Below, piece after piece: positions 11,990-21,090 of a stretch of 64,000 bases of DNA. This DNA is from an uncultured Desulfosarcina sp. Its GTDB lineage: Bacteria > Desulfobacterota > Desulfobacteria > Desulfobacterales > Desulfosarcinaceae. The notes under the pieces were generated by a model. It saw only the letters and a program-made list of their open reading frames with translations, did not search any database and was not told the DNA's origin. The stretch covers positions 464,189 through 528,188 of the forward strand of contig NZ_CAXXXH010000002.1 in the NCBI RefSeq assembly GCF_963664155.2, in the 5' to 3' direction. Position 1 is the stretch's first letter; each line of letters starts with the position of its first letter. The translations under genes and the position numbers were made by a program.

Positions 11990-12370
11990 GATCATAGCTC
12001 CGCTCTAAAAAATCAAAATAATAAATTATTACAATTGTTTAAAATTATCTGGGACTGAAGTCGATCGGCTGGCTGGGTTTATGATTGGTAAATTTATTAC
12101 ATAGTTTTTCGTGGAATTAATCCTTGCAATAACTTTTTTTTCATAATTTTATAAACGGCCGCGCCTATTTCGCACAAATGAAATAAGCTTGCGGGGGGCG
12201 GGGGTTGCCGGGTTAATTGAGTTTAATGGTTGGACTGGGTTCTTTAGGCCCTGCAAGAGCTGTCCACGACCTTCATCCTGCCCGGCTGCCCTCGAGTTTA
12301 CAAAGGCGCGGAGGAGCTGATCTCCGCAATGGAAATCACGTCTATGGAAACAGGTGTGCTGCCGGTGCAA

Positions 12371-13039
12371 TCACTCGGAGGGTGGATCGAACGGTGGCAG
12401 GTCATCCTCCGCTGCCGGGCCGCCGTCATCGGCTTCGGGCACGTCCGTGGACGTCGGGGATGCGGCGGGCATGTCTTCGCCGTGGTCGTCATCTTCCGGC
12501 TGCTCTTCCAGGCGGGACCGGCTGAGTTCCTCGATTTCTTTGGGGGTGGGCAGGTCTTTGAGATCCTTCAATTCAAACACCTCGAGAAAGTGCTTGGTGG
12601 TGGCGTAAATCAGCGGGCGGCCGGGGATCTCCTTGCGGCCAAGAACGCGGATCAGCTTGCGCTCCATGAGCATGCGGATGACGCCGCCGCTGTCCACGCC
12701 GCGGATGTGCTCGATATCGCTGCGGATGATGGGCTGGTTGTAGGCGATGATCGCCAGGGTTTCCAGGGCTGCCTTGCTCAGGCGCGGGGTGCTGGGTTTA
12801 ACCAGTCGCTTGATCCATTCGTTGTAGCGACCCTGGGTGCGGAACTGGTAGCCGCCGGCCACCTGTTTGAGCACAAAGCCGCCGTCGCGCTGTTCGTACT
12901 CCGCCATCAGTTCATCGATCGCGCTACGGATCGCGGCGGTCTCTTCGCCCTCGATAATGCCCTTGAGGTGGTCCATCGTCAGCGGTGTTTCCGAGACGAA
13001 GAGCAGGCTTTCGATGATGTGTTTAATATTTTCCGCCAT
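12371..13039 (-). CDS. scpB: SMC-Scp complex subunit ScpB
   Basis: IIESLLFVSETPL, VAGGYQFRT, LSKAALETLAIIAYNQP, PGRPLIYATT; acidic tail. Confidence 0.95.
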   Translation of the reverse strand: MAENIKHIIESLLFVSETPLTMDHLKGIIEGEETAAIRSAIDELMAEYEQRDGGFVLKQVAGGYQFRTQGRYNEWIKRLVKPSTPRLSKAALETLAIIAYNQPIIRSDIEHIRGVDSGGVIRMLMERKLIRVLGRKEIPGRPLIYATTKHFLEVFELKDLKDLPTPKEIEELSRSRLEEQPEDDDHGEDMPAASPTSTDVPEADDGGPAAEDDLPPFDPPSE

Positions 13040-13068
13040 GGTGGATATCGGTCGGGGTCGGGGTTCCT

Positions 13069-13365
13069 GTGTTTATTGTGTTCATTGAGTTTATTGGGCT
13101 TGTTTACAGCTCACGGGGAGCTATAATTCTGCTTTTCATTCGATGTTGGACGTTGGACGTTCGATGTTCGACATTCAGCCCTTGACCTTCGCTGTTTCCC
13201 GCTCTTCCCAGCTTCTGAACTTACCCGCTCCCTCAGCAGCTTTTCGGCTATCAGCAAATGCAGTATCCTGATGCATTTTCCTACAGCCTACAGCCCATAG
13301 CCTTTTTCCTTATCCGGCTGCATTTTCCCATATACCTGCAGTCTACAGCCTATCCTCCTAAACAC
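13069..13365. repeat. Mosaic of short degenerate tandem repeats (9-, 7-, 8- and 7-bp periods)
   Basis: gtgtttatt/gtgttcatt/gagtttatt; a 40-bp solo arm at 13138-13177 matching 7473-7512; ttcccagc/ttctgaac/ttacccgc; cctacag units. Confidence 0.7.
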
Positions 13366-14145
13366 CTACTGATAAAAGATGCGGATAATCCCCGTGGGCA
13401 CATGCTGGGCGATGCGGATCAGGCTGAGCTTGGCCATTTCCAGGATGGCCAGAAAAGTGACGATAATGTCCGACCGTTGGTGGTCATCGGCAAACAGCTC
13501 GTCAAAGGTCATGGATTCCTTCGTCTCCAACATTTCCGTCAACTGGGCGATGCGTTCCTGAACCGAGACCCGGTCCCTGGTCAGATCGACCCGGTGGCCC
13601 GGCGTCACCTTGTCCAGAATCCTCTGAAACGCATCGATCAGTTCGAACAGGCCGATGTGGATCACTTCATTTTCTTCCACCCGTTCCAGGATGTCGGTGT
13701 CCGGCTTCCGCGTAAAGGTTTTTTCCCCCAGCAGATTTCGCTCCGCCAATTGTTCGGCAGCCGATTTGATCCGAAGGTACTCCAGCAGCGGCCGGGTGAT
13801 CTCCAACCGGGGATCCTCTTCATCCTCCTCGCCCACCTGGGGTGGCAGCAGCATCCGGGATTTGATATGGGTCAGGGTGGATGCCATCAGGACGAAATCA
13901 CCGGCAAGGTCGATATTCATCTGCTTCATCCACTCCAGATAGTCCAAGTACTGTGCAGTGATCTGTGAGATGGGGATATCGTAAATATCCACTTCCGCTT
14001 TTTTGATCAGATGGACCAGAAGATCCATGGGACCTTCAAAAACGTCCTGGAGTTTAACCCGGTATCGGTCATCGTCGACATCATCGGGGTCCGCATCCGT
14101 CAAGTTGTCCTGCATCAATGACATGTTAAATCCCGCAACCATCAT
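13366..14145 (-). CDS. scpA: Segregation and condensation protein ScpA (start may be slightly downstream)
   Basis: FEGPMDLLVHLI, DIYDIPI, KSRMLLP, TFLAILEM. Confidence 0.93.
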   Translation of the reverse strand: MMVAGFNMSLMQDNLTDADPDDVDDDRYRVKLQDVFEGPMDLLVHLIKKAEVDIYDIPISQITAQYLDYLEWMKQMNIDLAGDFVLMASTLTHIKSRMLLPPQVGEEDEEDPRLEITRPLLEYLRIKSAAEQLAERNLLGEKTFTRKPDTDILERVEENEVIHIGLFELIDAFQRILDKVTPGHRVDLTRDRVSVQERIAQLTEMLETKESMTFDELFADDHQRSDIIVTFLAILEMAKLSLIRIAQHVPTGIIRIFYQ

Positions 14146-14255
14146 TGCCTGCGCTTTATCTTCCTTGCCGGCGGTAATGAAGGTGCATGAAAGAGACGTG
14201 GAGTTATCCTATCTTTTCCGCGGTTCCGATGAGCGGGATCTCTCCTTCGCTCAGA

Positions 14256-14291
14256 CAAGCAGCGGGGGATGCGCTCTCTATCGCGGATCAC
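14256..14291 (+). repeat. Degenerate copy of the right end of the 53234-53378 element
   Basis: caagcagcgggggatgcgctctctatcgcggatca vs caagcggcgaggaatgcgctcgctatcgcggttca. Confidence 0.7.
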
Positions 14292-14295
14292 AACC

Positions 14296-14420
14296 CAGAA
14301 ATGGTAGATTTTGGTTCAGGCCAAGGCCGAAGCGATGTTGAAACCGCAGGCGTAGCAGTGCTACGTCGAGGAATTCAGCCGAGCGAGAACGCCGGCATGG
14401 GCCAAAAGATGCCGTTTCTG
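14296..14420. repeat. 125-bp palindromic REP/MITE-like element
   Basis: Terminal IR cagaaatggtagattttggttca / tgggccaaaagatgccgtttctg; central hairpin cgtagcagtgctacg. Confidence 0.65.
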
Positions 14421-14431
14421 ATGAACACGTT

Positions 14432-15424
14432 CTAATCTTTGATCCGTATGGCCGCCCTGACTTGATCCATGGTTTGCTTAGCCACCTTGCGGGCCTTTTC
14501 GCTGCCGGAAGCGATGATCTCCTTGACCAGTTCCGGCTTGGCCATGAAATACGCCCGCCGTTCGTGCAGGGGGTCCATGGCTTTGATCAGGCTTTTAGCC
14601 ATGATTTTCTTGCATTCCACACAGCCGATCTCCGCATTTCTGCACTGGGGATCAATGGCCTCCCAGATTCCGGTGTCCGAATAGATTTTGTGAAATTCGA
14701 ACACATTGCAGACATCCGGGTTGCCGGGGTCCGATCGGCGCATACGCTGGGGGTCGGTGATCATCTGGGATACTTTTTTCGTGATTTCATCCGGCGTATC
14801 GGAAAGGTAGATGGCATTGTTGTAAGACTTGCTCATCTTGCGTCGGTCCAGACCTAAAATTTTGGAAGTTTTGGTCAGGATGGCTTCCGGTTCCGGAAAT
14901 ACGTTGCCGTATAGAAAATTGAAACGCCGGGTAATTTCCCGGGTTATTTCCACGTGGGGCACCTGGTCGATGCCCACCGGTACGCCATTGGCCTTGTACA
15001 TGATGATGTCCGCCGCTTGGAGGACCGGGTATCCCAAAAAGCCGAAGGTGGAAAGGTCTTTGTTGCTGATTTGGACGATCTGGTCCTTGTAGGTGGGGTT
15101 TCTTTCGAGCCATGGCACCGGCGTGATCATGGAGAGATAAAGGAACAGTTCGGCATGTTCCGGAACCAGCGATTGAACGAACAGGGTACTTTTTTCCGGA
15201 TCGAGACCGGCGCTGAGCCAATCGATCATCATTTCGCCGACGTAACCGGTTATCGCGCCGGGAGCTTCATAGTCGCTGGTCAGGGCATGCCAGTCGGCAA
15301 TAAAGAAAAAACAGTCGTATTCGTCCTGCATGCCCACCCAGTTGGCCAGCGCGCCGTGCAGGTTCCCCAGATGAAGTGGGCCAGTGGGCCGCATACCGCT
15401 TAAAATCCGTTTTTTGGAACTCAT
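14432..15424 (-). CDS. trpS: Tryptophan--tRNA ligase
   Basis: SGMRPTG, HLGN, YPVLQAADI, KMSKS; start at MSSKKR with a GGAG RBS. Confidence 0.96.
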   Translation of the reverse strand: MSSKKRILSGMRPTGPLHLGNLHGALANWVGMQDEYDCFFFIADWHALTSDYEAPGAITGYVGEMMIDWLSAGLDPEKSTLFVQSLVPEHAELFLYLSMITPVPWLERNPTYKDQIVQISNKDLSTFGFLGYPVLQAADIIMYKANGVPVGIDQVPHVEITREITRRFNFLYGNVFPEPEAILTKTSKILGLDRRKMSKSYNNAIYLSDTPDEITKKVSQMITDPQRMRRSDPGNPDVCNVFEFHKIYSDTGIWEAIDPQCRNAEIGCVECKKIMAKSLIKAMDPLHERRAYFMAKPELVKEIIASGSEKARKVAKQTMDQVRAAIRIKD

Positions 15425-15732
15425 GAAGACATCTCCCGATCGATTGTTTGGCCTCCGCCGGTTTGCCGACCGCATGCGGTCAGCGTCAAAGTAATAAAAC
15501 CCGTTATACTAAACAGAAGGCGTCATGCAATCAAGAAAAAAAAGGAGGTAAGGAACGGAAAAACAATCAAGGGATCAGCTATCGGCTAAGCGGCTTGGAT
15601 ACGGGAAGGTTGAAGTGGTGGGGGTGACCTTCAAGCCACATGGAAAGGAATCATGTCTCTTCGGGGCAAAGTAAACTTCTTCTGAATTATTGCTTAGATT
15701 CTTTTGTTTCCGATCCTTACTGCACACCGTCG

Positions 15733-18414
15733 TTACCCCTTTAACCTTGAAATTTTATTTCTTATGAAGGTGAATTCATCCTCCCTGGTTTTGACCCATC
15801 CGTTGAGTTTTGCTTCCAGTACTGCCTGCAGCGTTTTGCTGAATACGGGGCCGGATGGAAATCCCATTTCCAGGAGATCTTTTCCGGAAATGGTGATGGC
15901 CACATGGCGCAACCGGGTGTGGTATAGAGAGATTCTTTTTTTTGCCATTTGAGAATCGGCGCAAACCATCATATACAAGATCATTTCTGTTTTGAACGCT
16001 TTGAGCAGGTTGAATACTTCCGCGTTGTTCATTCGCTTACGCCGTTCCAGTCGAGCGAGTTGTTGCTCCGCATAGATGCGATTTTCACCGAACAGCTTTG
16101 AATAGCGCGGAGCGACGGTCAGGTGTTCACAGATTTCAAGGGTGGTTTGCAGATCGCAGTGGCGGATCAACGTCATGAAAAAAACGGTCCATCGTTCATA
16201 GGGCTCATCAATAAAGAGCAGGTCATGCCAGTCAGTAACCTTCTTGGTGGTATCGAGCAGGTGCTTCACATCGTTTTCTACTTTTATTCCCGGATGAATG
16301 ACTGTTAAAAGGTTGTAATCCATTAATCTTAAAATAGTCGGCGCGGGGTTTTCTTCCTTCAAAATCAACTTGAGCTCCGTATATACCCGTTTGCCGGCAA
16401 GGCGTTTGAAGAATTCCATTTTTACGGCATTGTCGATAAGGCTGGAGGTGAGTTTGCCGATAGAGAAACCAAATCGCTGCTCGAACCGCAGGGCCCGAAA
16501 CACCCGCGTAGGGTCTTCCACAAAGCTCAGGTTGTGCAGTACCCGCAGGACTTTATCCTTGATGTCCTTCTGGCCGGAAAAGAAATCGATGAGCCTGCCA
16601 AATTTTCCCGGGTTGAGCTGAATAGCCAGCGTATTGATGGTAAAATCCCTGCGAAACATGTCCATTTTGATGGAACTCATTTCAACCACCGGCAGTGATG
16701 CGGGAAACTGGTAATATTCCATGCGCGCAGAAGCGACATCAATTTTAAAGCCGTCGGGAAAGATGATGACGGCGGTTCCAAATTTCTGATGCGTGTGGGT
16801 TCTCGCCCCAAATGCCTGGGCGAAAGTCTTGGCGAACGCAATCCCGTTTCCCTCGATGACCACATCGATATCTTCATTGTTTCGGTACAAGAACAAATCC
16901 CGGACAAACCCGCCTACTACATACGCGCTGCAGTTCATCTGGCTGGCGGTTTCACCCAGCTGAATAAGTGTTTCAATCATGTGTTTGGGAAGACGTTCCC
17001 GCATGAAATTGTTCACCATCCTTAAGCGTTTGTTGCTGAACTTGTCATCCAATTTTGTAAATTCTTGATTTGCCGGCCGATTCTGTTGAACCAAGGTATT
17101 TAGCAGGTCTGTGCGGGTGATGACTCCAACGACCTTGCCATCTTCCACGACCGGCAGAATTCGTTGTTTGTTCCCGATGATTGTGTCCTGAATTTCAACA
17201 ACATCCGCATCCGGATGCACGTGGGATATCTCTGTGCTCATATATTCGCGAATCGGAATGGTTTCGAGGTGATGAAACAATGCCTTTTCAATGACTTGCC
17301 GGGTGATGTAACCGGTGAATCCCTCGTCGCTCGAACTGCTTTCGCCAACCAGCAGGGCGTTGATGTTATAGCGAGTCAGCAGGTCTTTGGCATCCTTACA
17401 GCTGGTGTTTTCGCTGGCCATGATGGCCGGGGAAGACATCAAATGCCGGGCTTGGCGTCTGGGGTTGATTTTTGCGTAAAGGGCCTCGAAAAGAAGCTGC
17501 TCAGTCTGGGCGATGGTTTTGCCCTTGACCGTTGCCGCTGCGGCTGACGGGTGCCCCCCCCCGCCGATTTGGTCCAGAATATCACCCACGTCCACATCAT
17601 CCGTTCGACTTCTGGCAACGACATAGACTTTATTTTCCATTAGTCCCAGGGCAAAAACTGCGTCGATGTTCTCCATTTTGGCCATTTTTTGGACCAGGAA
17701 CGAAAAATCGGGGAAATAGTTATCCGTGGTCACACTGGTCAATACAAGATCAACCCCGTTTATCGTATAGTGCCTGGACGCCTGAATCATATCGTTCAGC
17801 AATCCGATCTGTTCGGGATTGAATTCCCGGGTGATCATGCTTGAAATGACGTTAAGGTTGGCGCCCTTTGAAAGCAGATATGCGGCAGCGTTGAAGTCGT
17901 GTTCAGTCGTCGAAGGAAAAGAAAATGATCCGGTGTCTTCGTAGATTCCCAGGCACATGATGGTGGCTTCTTCGGGTGTGATGGGGATCTTTTTCTTACG
18001 GAGAATGTCCGACAGGATCGTCACCGTGGCACCCGTCAACATATGATATTCTTTGTCCGCGGGAATATCATCGTCGTTTTTGGGGTGGTGATCATAAATA
18101 TGGATTTCCAGTCGGGGATTGCTCAGGACCCGACGCAACTCACCAATCCGGGTTTTTCGACGGGTGTCAACCAATACCAGCCTGGTGACTGCTGAGAAGT
18201 CGATTTTCCCCAGTTCTGCAATGTTGAAGAGATAGACCATGGATTGAATGAAGAAATTTCTCAGATTCTTTTCCTGGGATCCGGGAAAAACCACCAAGGC
18301 CTCTGGGTAAAGCTTTTGAGCTGCAAGCATTGAGGCCATGGCATCGAAATCTGCATTAACATGGCTGGTGATAATGGTCAGGGATGGTTTTTTATTTGTG
18401 TTTTCGGCGGTCAT
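15733..18414 (-). CDS. DHH/DHHA1-CBS-CBS-tRNA nucleotidyltransferase (A-adding/CCA-adding class II)
   Basis: HVNADFDA, YDHH, EDTG, GGGGH, a CBS pair, VGGFVRD, EDID, RRDFTIN, EDPTR. Confidence 0.9.
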   Translation of the reverse strand: MTAENTNKKPSLTIITSHVNADFDAMASMLAAQKLYPEALVVFPGSQEKNLRNFFIQSMVYLFNIAELGKIDFSAVTRLVLVDTRRKTRIGELRRVLSNPRLEIHIYDHHPKNDDDIPADKEYHMLTGATVTILSDILRKKKIPITPEEATIMCLGIYEDTGSFSFPSTTEHDFNAAAYLLSKGANLNVISSMITREFNPEQIGLLNDMIQASRHYTINGVDLVLTSVTTDNYFPDFSFLVQKMAKMENIDAVFALGLMENKVYVVARSRTDDVDVGDILDQIGGGGHPSAAAATVKGKTIAQTEQLLFEALYAKINPRRQARHLMSSPAIMASENTSCKDAKDLLTRYNINALLVGESSSSDEGFTGYITRQVIEKALFHHLETIPIREYMSTEISHVHPDADVVEIQDTIIGNKQRILPVVEDGKVVGVITRTDLLNTLVQQNRPANQEFTKLDDKFSNKRLRMVNNFMRERLPKHMIETLIQLGETASQMNCSAYVVGGFVRDLFLYRNNEDIDVVIEGNGIAFAKTFAQAFGARTHTHQKFGTAVIIFPDGFKIDVASARMEYYQFPASLPVVEMSSIKMDMFRRDFTINTLAIQLNPGKFGRLIDFFSGQKDIKDKVLRVLHNLSFVEDPTRVFRALRFEQRFGFSIGKLTSSLIDNAVKMEFFKRLAGKRVYTELKLILKEENPAPTILRLMDYNLLTVIHPGIKVENDVKHLLDTTKKVTDWHDLLFIDEPYERWTVFFMTLIRHCDLQTTLEICEHLTVAPRYSKLFGENRIYAEQQLARLERRKRMNNAEVFNLLKAFKTEMILYMMVCADSQMAKKRISLYHTRLRHVAITISGKDLLEMGFPSGPVFSKTLQAVLEAKLNGWVKTREDEFTFIRNKISRLKG

Positions 18415-18673
18415 CGGTTTATGGGGCGTTGCCTCTTAGTGGAAGACGCGTGAAGGTCAAGTTAAGGTGAAATTTAAAGTGATACCCATTTGGACGAAAA
18501 GGAAAATGCGAGGATATTACGCTGTTGGTTCCATTTTTGCAAGCCAGGTGAACAGTTTATCCAATTTTCAAAGGTCAACCGGCATAACACCAATGCCCCG
18601 ATATTAATAAAGTTATTGTTGTTTCAAGCAGTTTATGGTAGCAAGTTGACAACCAAATTCACTGATAAAAACG

Positions 18674-19639
18674 ATGAACACCCATAGCACATTTAAATAC
18701 AAGACACTGTTCGGGCCGGTTCCATCAAGACGCTTGGGCATTTCTCTCGGCGTGGATCTTGTGCCCCACAAGACCTGCAGCCTGAATTGCGTATATTGTG
18801 AGTGCGGTGCAACGACCCATCTGACCCTGAAAAGAAGAGAATATGTTGGGGTGGACCGGGTGAAAAACGAGTTGATCACCTATCTTTCCCAGGATGAGAA
18901 AATTGATTATATCACCTTTTCCGGGTCCGGAGAACCCACTTTGAACGAGGGGCTCGGCGACGTGATTCAATTTCTCAAATCCGACTATCCCCAATACAAG
19001 GTGGCATTGCTTACCAACAGTACACTCTTTGACCAACCTGAAGTAAGGCGCCAGATTAAAGATGTTGATGTTATCATGGCCTCTCTGGACGCCGCGACCG
19101 ATCCCCAGTTCAGGCAGGTGAATCGCCCCCATCCGGAACTTGATCTTAGTTCGATCATCGATGGTATCGCCCGATTCAGAAAAATGTTTTCCGGTCGACT
19201 GTTAATGGAATATTTCTTAGTGAATGGATGCAACGATTCAATTGAGGAACTGACTAAACTAAAAATAATCCTTCGGCGGATTGATGCAGATGGCGTTCTT
19301 CTGAACACCCTTGACCGGCCGGGTACGGAAGCCTGGGTGCAACCGACGGGACCGAAACGGCTTAAAGATGTTTCAGATTTTCTTGAAGGTGCCGAAATTG
19401 TCAAATATACATCCGCTCCGCCCGAAACGACCGTGCGGAGTGAAGACTTGATGGCGCGCCTGGTTTCAACTGTTCGAAGACGACCTTACACCGCCCAGGA
19501 TGTGTCACGGATCATGGGATGCGATGTTGAATCCGTTCAGCCTGTACTGGATCAATTGGTCGCTTCCAACCAACTGGCCTTGAAACAGATGGATCGAGGC
19601 TGCTTCTACATGGCTTCTCAAGCCAGGCGGCCCTGTTGA
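18674..19639 (+). CDS. Radical SAM protein (COG0731/Tyw1-like, function unknown)
   Basis: FGPVPSRRLGISLG, CSLNCVYC, SGSGEPT. Confidence 0.88.
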   Translation: MNTHSTFKYKTLFGPVPSRRLGISLGVDLVPHKTCSLNCVYCECGATTHLTLKRREYVGVDRVKNELITYLSQDEKIDYITFSGSGEPTLNEGLGDVIQFLKSDYPQYKVALLTNSTLFDQPEVRRQIKDVDVIMASLDAATDPQFRQVNRPHPELDLSSIIDGIARFRKMFSGRLLMEYFLVNGCNDSIEELTKLKIILRRIDADGVLLNTLDRPGTEAWVQPTGPKRLKDVSDFLEGAEIVKYTSAPPETTVRSEDLMARLVSTVRRRPYTAQDVSRIMGCDVESVQPVLDQLVASNQLALKQMDRGCFYMASQARRPC

Positions 19640-19703
19640 GAAAACATTTCATCAACGTTGTATTATAGCGACAACTGATCATTTACGGACATAGGGGGAT
19701 GTT

Positions 19704-20909
19704 ATGTCGATTTATCTGTGGGAAGGAAAGAACAGGAACAATATCGTTCAGAAAGGTGAGATGGAAGCATCCAGCGAGGATGTGGTTCGATCCAATCTCA
19801 ACAGACTTCGGATAACACCGACCAAAATTAAGAAAAAACCCAAAGATCTGTTTGAAAATGTCGCTTTTCTTCAGCCGGGCGTGACCCAAAAAGATGTCAT
19901 TTTATTCTGCCGGCAGTTTTCGACGATGATCGATGCGGGGCTTCCCATCATTCAATGTATGGATATTTTGCATGCTCAGCAGGAAAATGCCACATTCAAG
20001 AAGATGCTCAAAAGCATCAAGGAACAGGTGGAAAGTGGCTCGACATTGGCGGACTCATTGAAAAAATATCCCAAACAATTCGATGATCTGTTTGTAAACA
20101 TGGTGGCTGCCGGTGAGGCCGGTGGTATTCTCGATACGATTTTAAGGCGCTTGTCCGCCTACATGGAAAAGGCGGCAAAGCTGAAGAGCCAGGTTAAAGG
20201 AGCAATGACTTACCCGATTGTGACTATGGTGATCGCTGTTGCGGTTGTTGCGATCATTCTGGTGTTTGTCATTCCCGTATTCCAGGAAATGTTCGCGGAT
20301 ATGGGGGGGGCGCTTCCTGGTCCCACCCTCATCGTCGTTGCCATGAGTGAATTCGTGAAATCCAAGATCCACTGGATTATCATAGGTGTTGTCATTTTTA
20401 TTTTCGCATTCAGAAAATACTATAAGACTGAAAAAGGCAGGAAAATAGTTGATGCCACGATGCTCAAACTACCGGTATTCGGCATGTTGATTCGAAAAGT
20501 GGCTGTCGCCAAATTCACCCGGACCATGGGAACGATGTTGTCCAGCGGGGTGGCGATTTTGGAAGCATTGGACATCGTGGCCAAAACCTCAGGCAATAAA
20601 ACCGTTGAACAGGCAATCTATACTGTCAGGAGCGGTATCGCAGAGGGTCGCACCATGGCGGATCCGTTGGCCGAAAGTGGGGTTTTCCCGGCCATGGTAT
20701 GCCAGATGATTTCCGTTGGCGAGTCCACCGGTGCCCTAGACGCCATGCTGGAGAAGATTGCCGATTTTTACGAAGAAGAGGTTGACCAGGCGGTTGAAAA
20801 TTTGACGTCGCTGATCGAACCCTTCATGCTTGTTTTCTTAGGTGTGGTAATTGGCGGTCTGGTTATTGCCATGTATCTGCCAATCTTTAAAATGGCTGGA
20901 GCGCTTTAA
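19704..20909 (+). CDS. pilC: Type IV pilus platform protein PilC (T2SS F family)
   Basis: FCRQFSTMIDAGLP, AGEAGGILD, VGESTGALD, AMYLPIF. Confidence 0.95.
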   Translation: MSIYLWEGKNRNNIVQKGEMEASSEDVVRSNLNRLRITPTKIKKKPKDLFENVAFLQPGVTQKDVILFCRQFSTMIDAGLPIIQCMDILHAQQENATFKKMLKSIKEQVESGSTLADSLKKYPKQFDDLFVNMVAAGEAGGILDTILRRLSAYMEKAAKLKSQVKGAMTYPIVTMVIAVAVVAIILVFVIPVFQEMFADMGGALPGPTLIVVAMSEFVKSKIHWIIIGVVIFIFAFRKYYKTEKGRKIVDATMLKLPVFGMLIRKVAVAKFTRTMGTMLSSGVAILEALDIVAKTSGNKTVEQAIYTVRSGIAEGRTMADPLAESGVFPAMVCQMISVGESTGALDAMLEKIADFYEEEVDQAVENLTSLIEPFMLVFLGVVIGGLVIAMYLPIFKMAGAL

Positions 20910-21090
20910 CCTTCTTACGGGTCCAAGTGGTTTTCAACGGAAATTGCCGATATAAAAGTTGACGATGCTGAGCGTCGCTCGTTTTTTACGCGCACCATTG
21001 TGGGGGAGCGCATTCACATGAAAATAATTAATACATGGGCTCGGGTGCGTGCCAGTAATCCCCGACATCCAGATATTATGATATTCTGTC

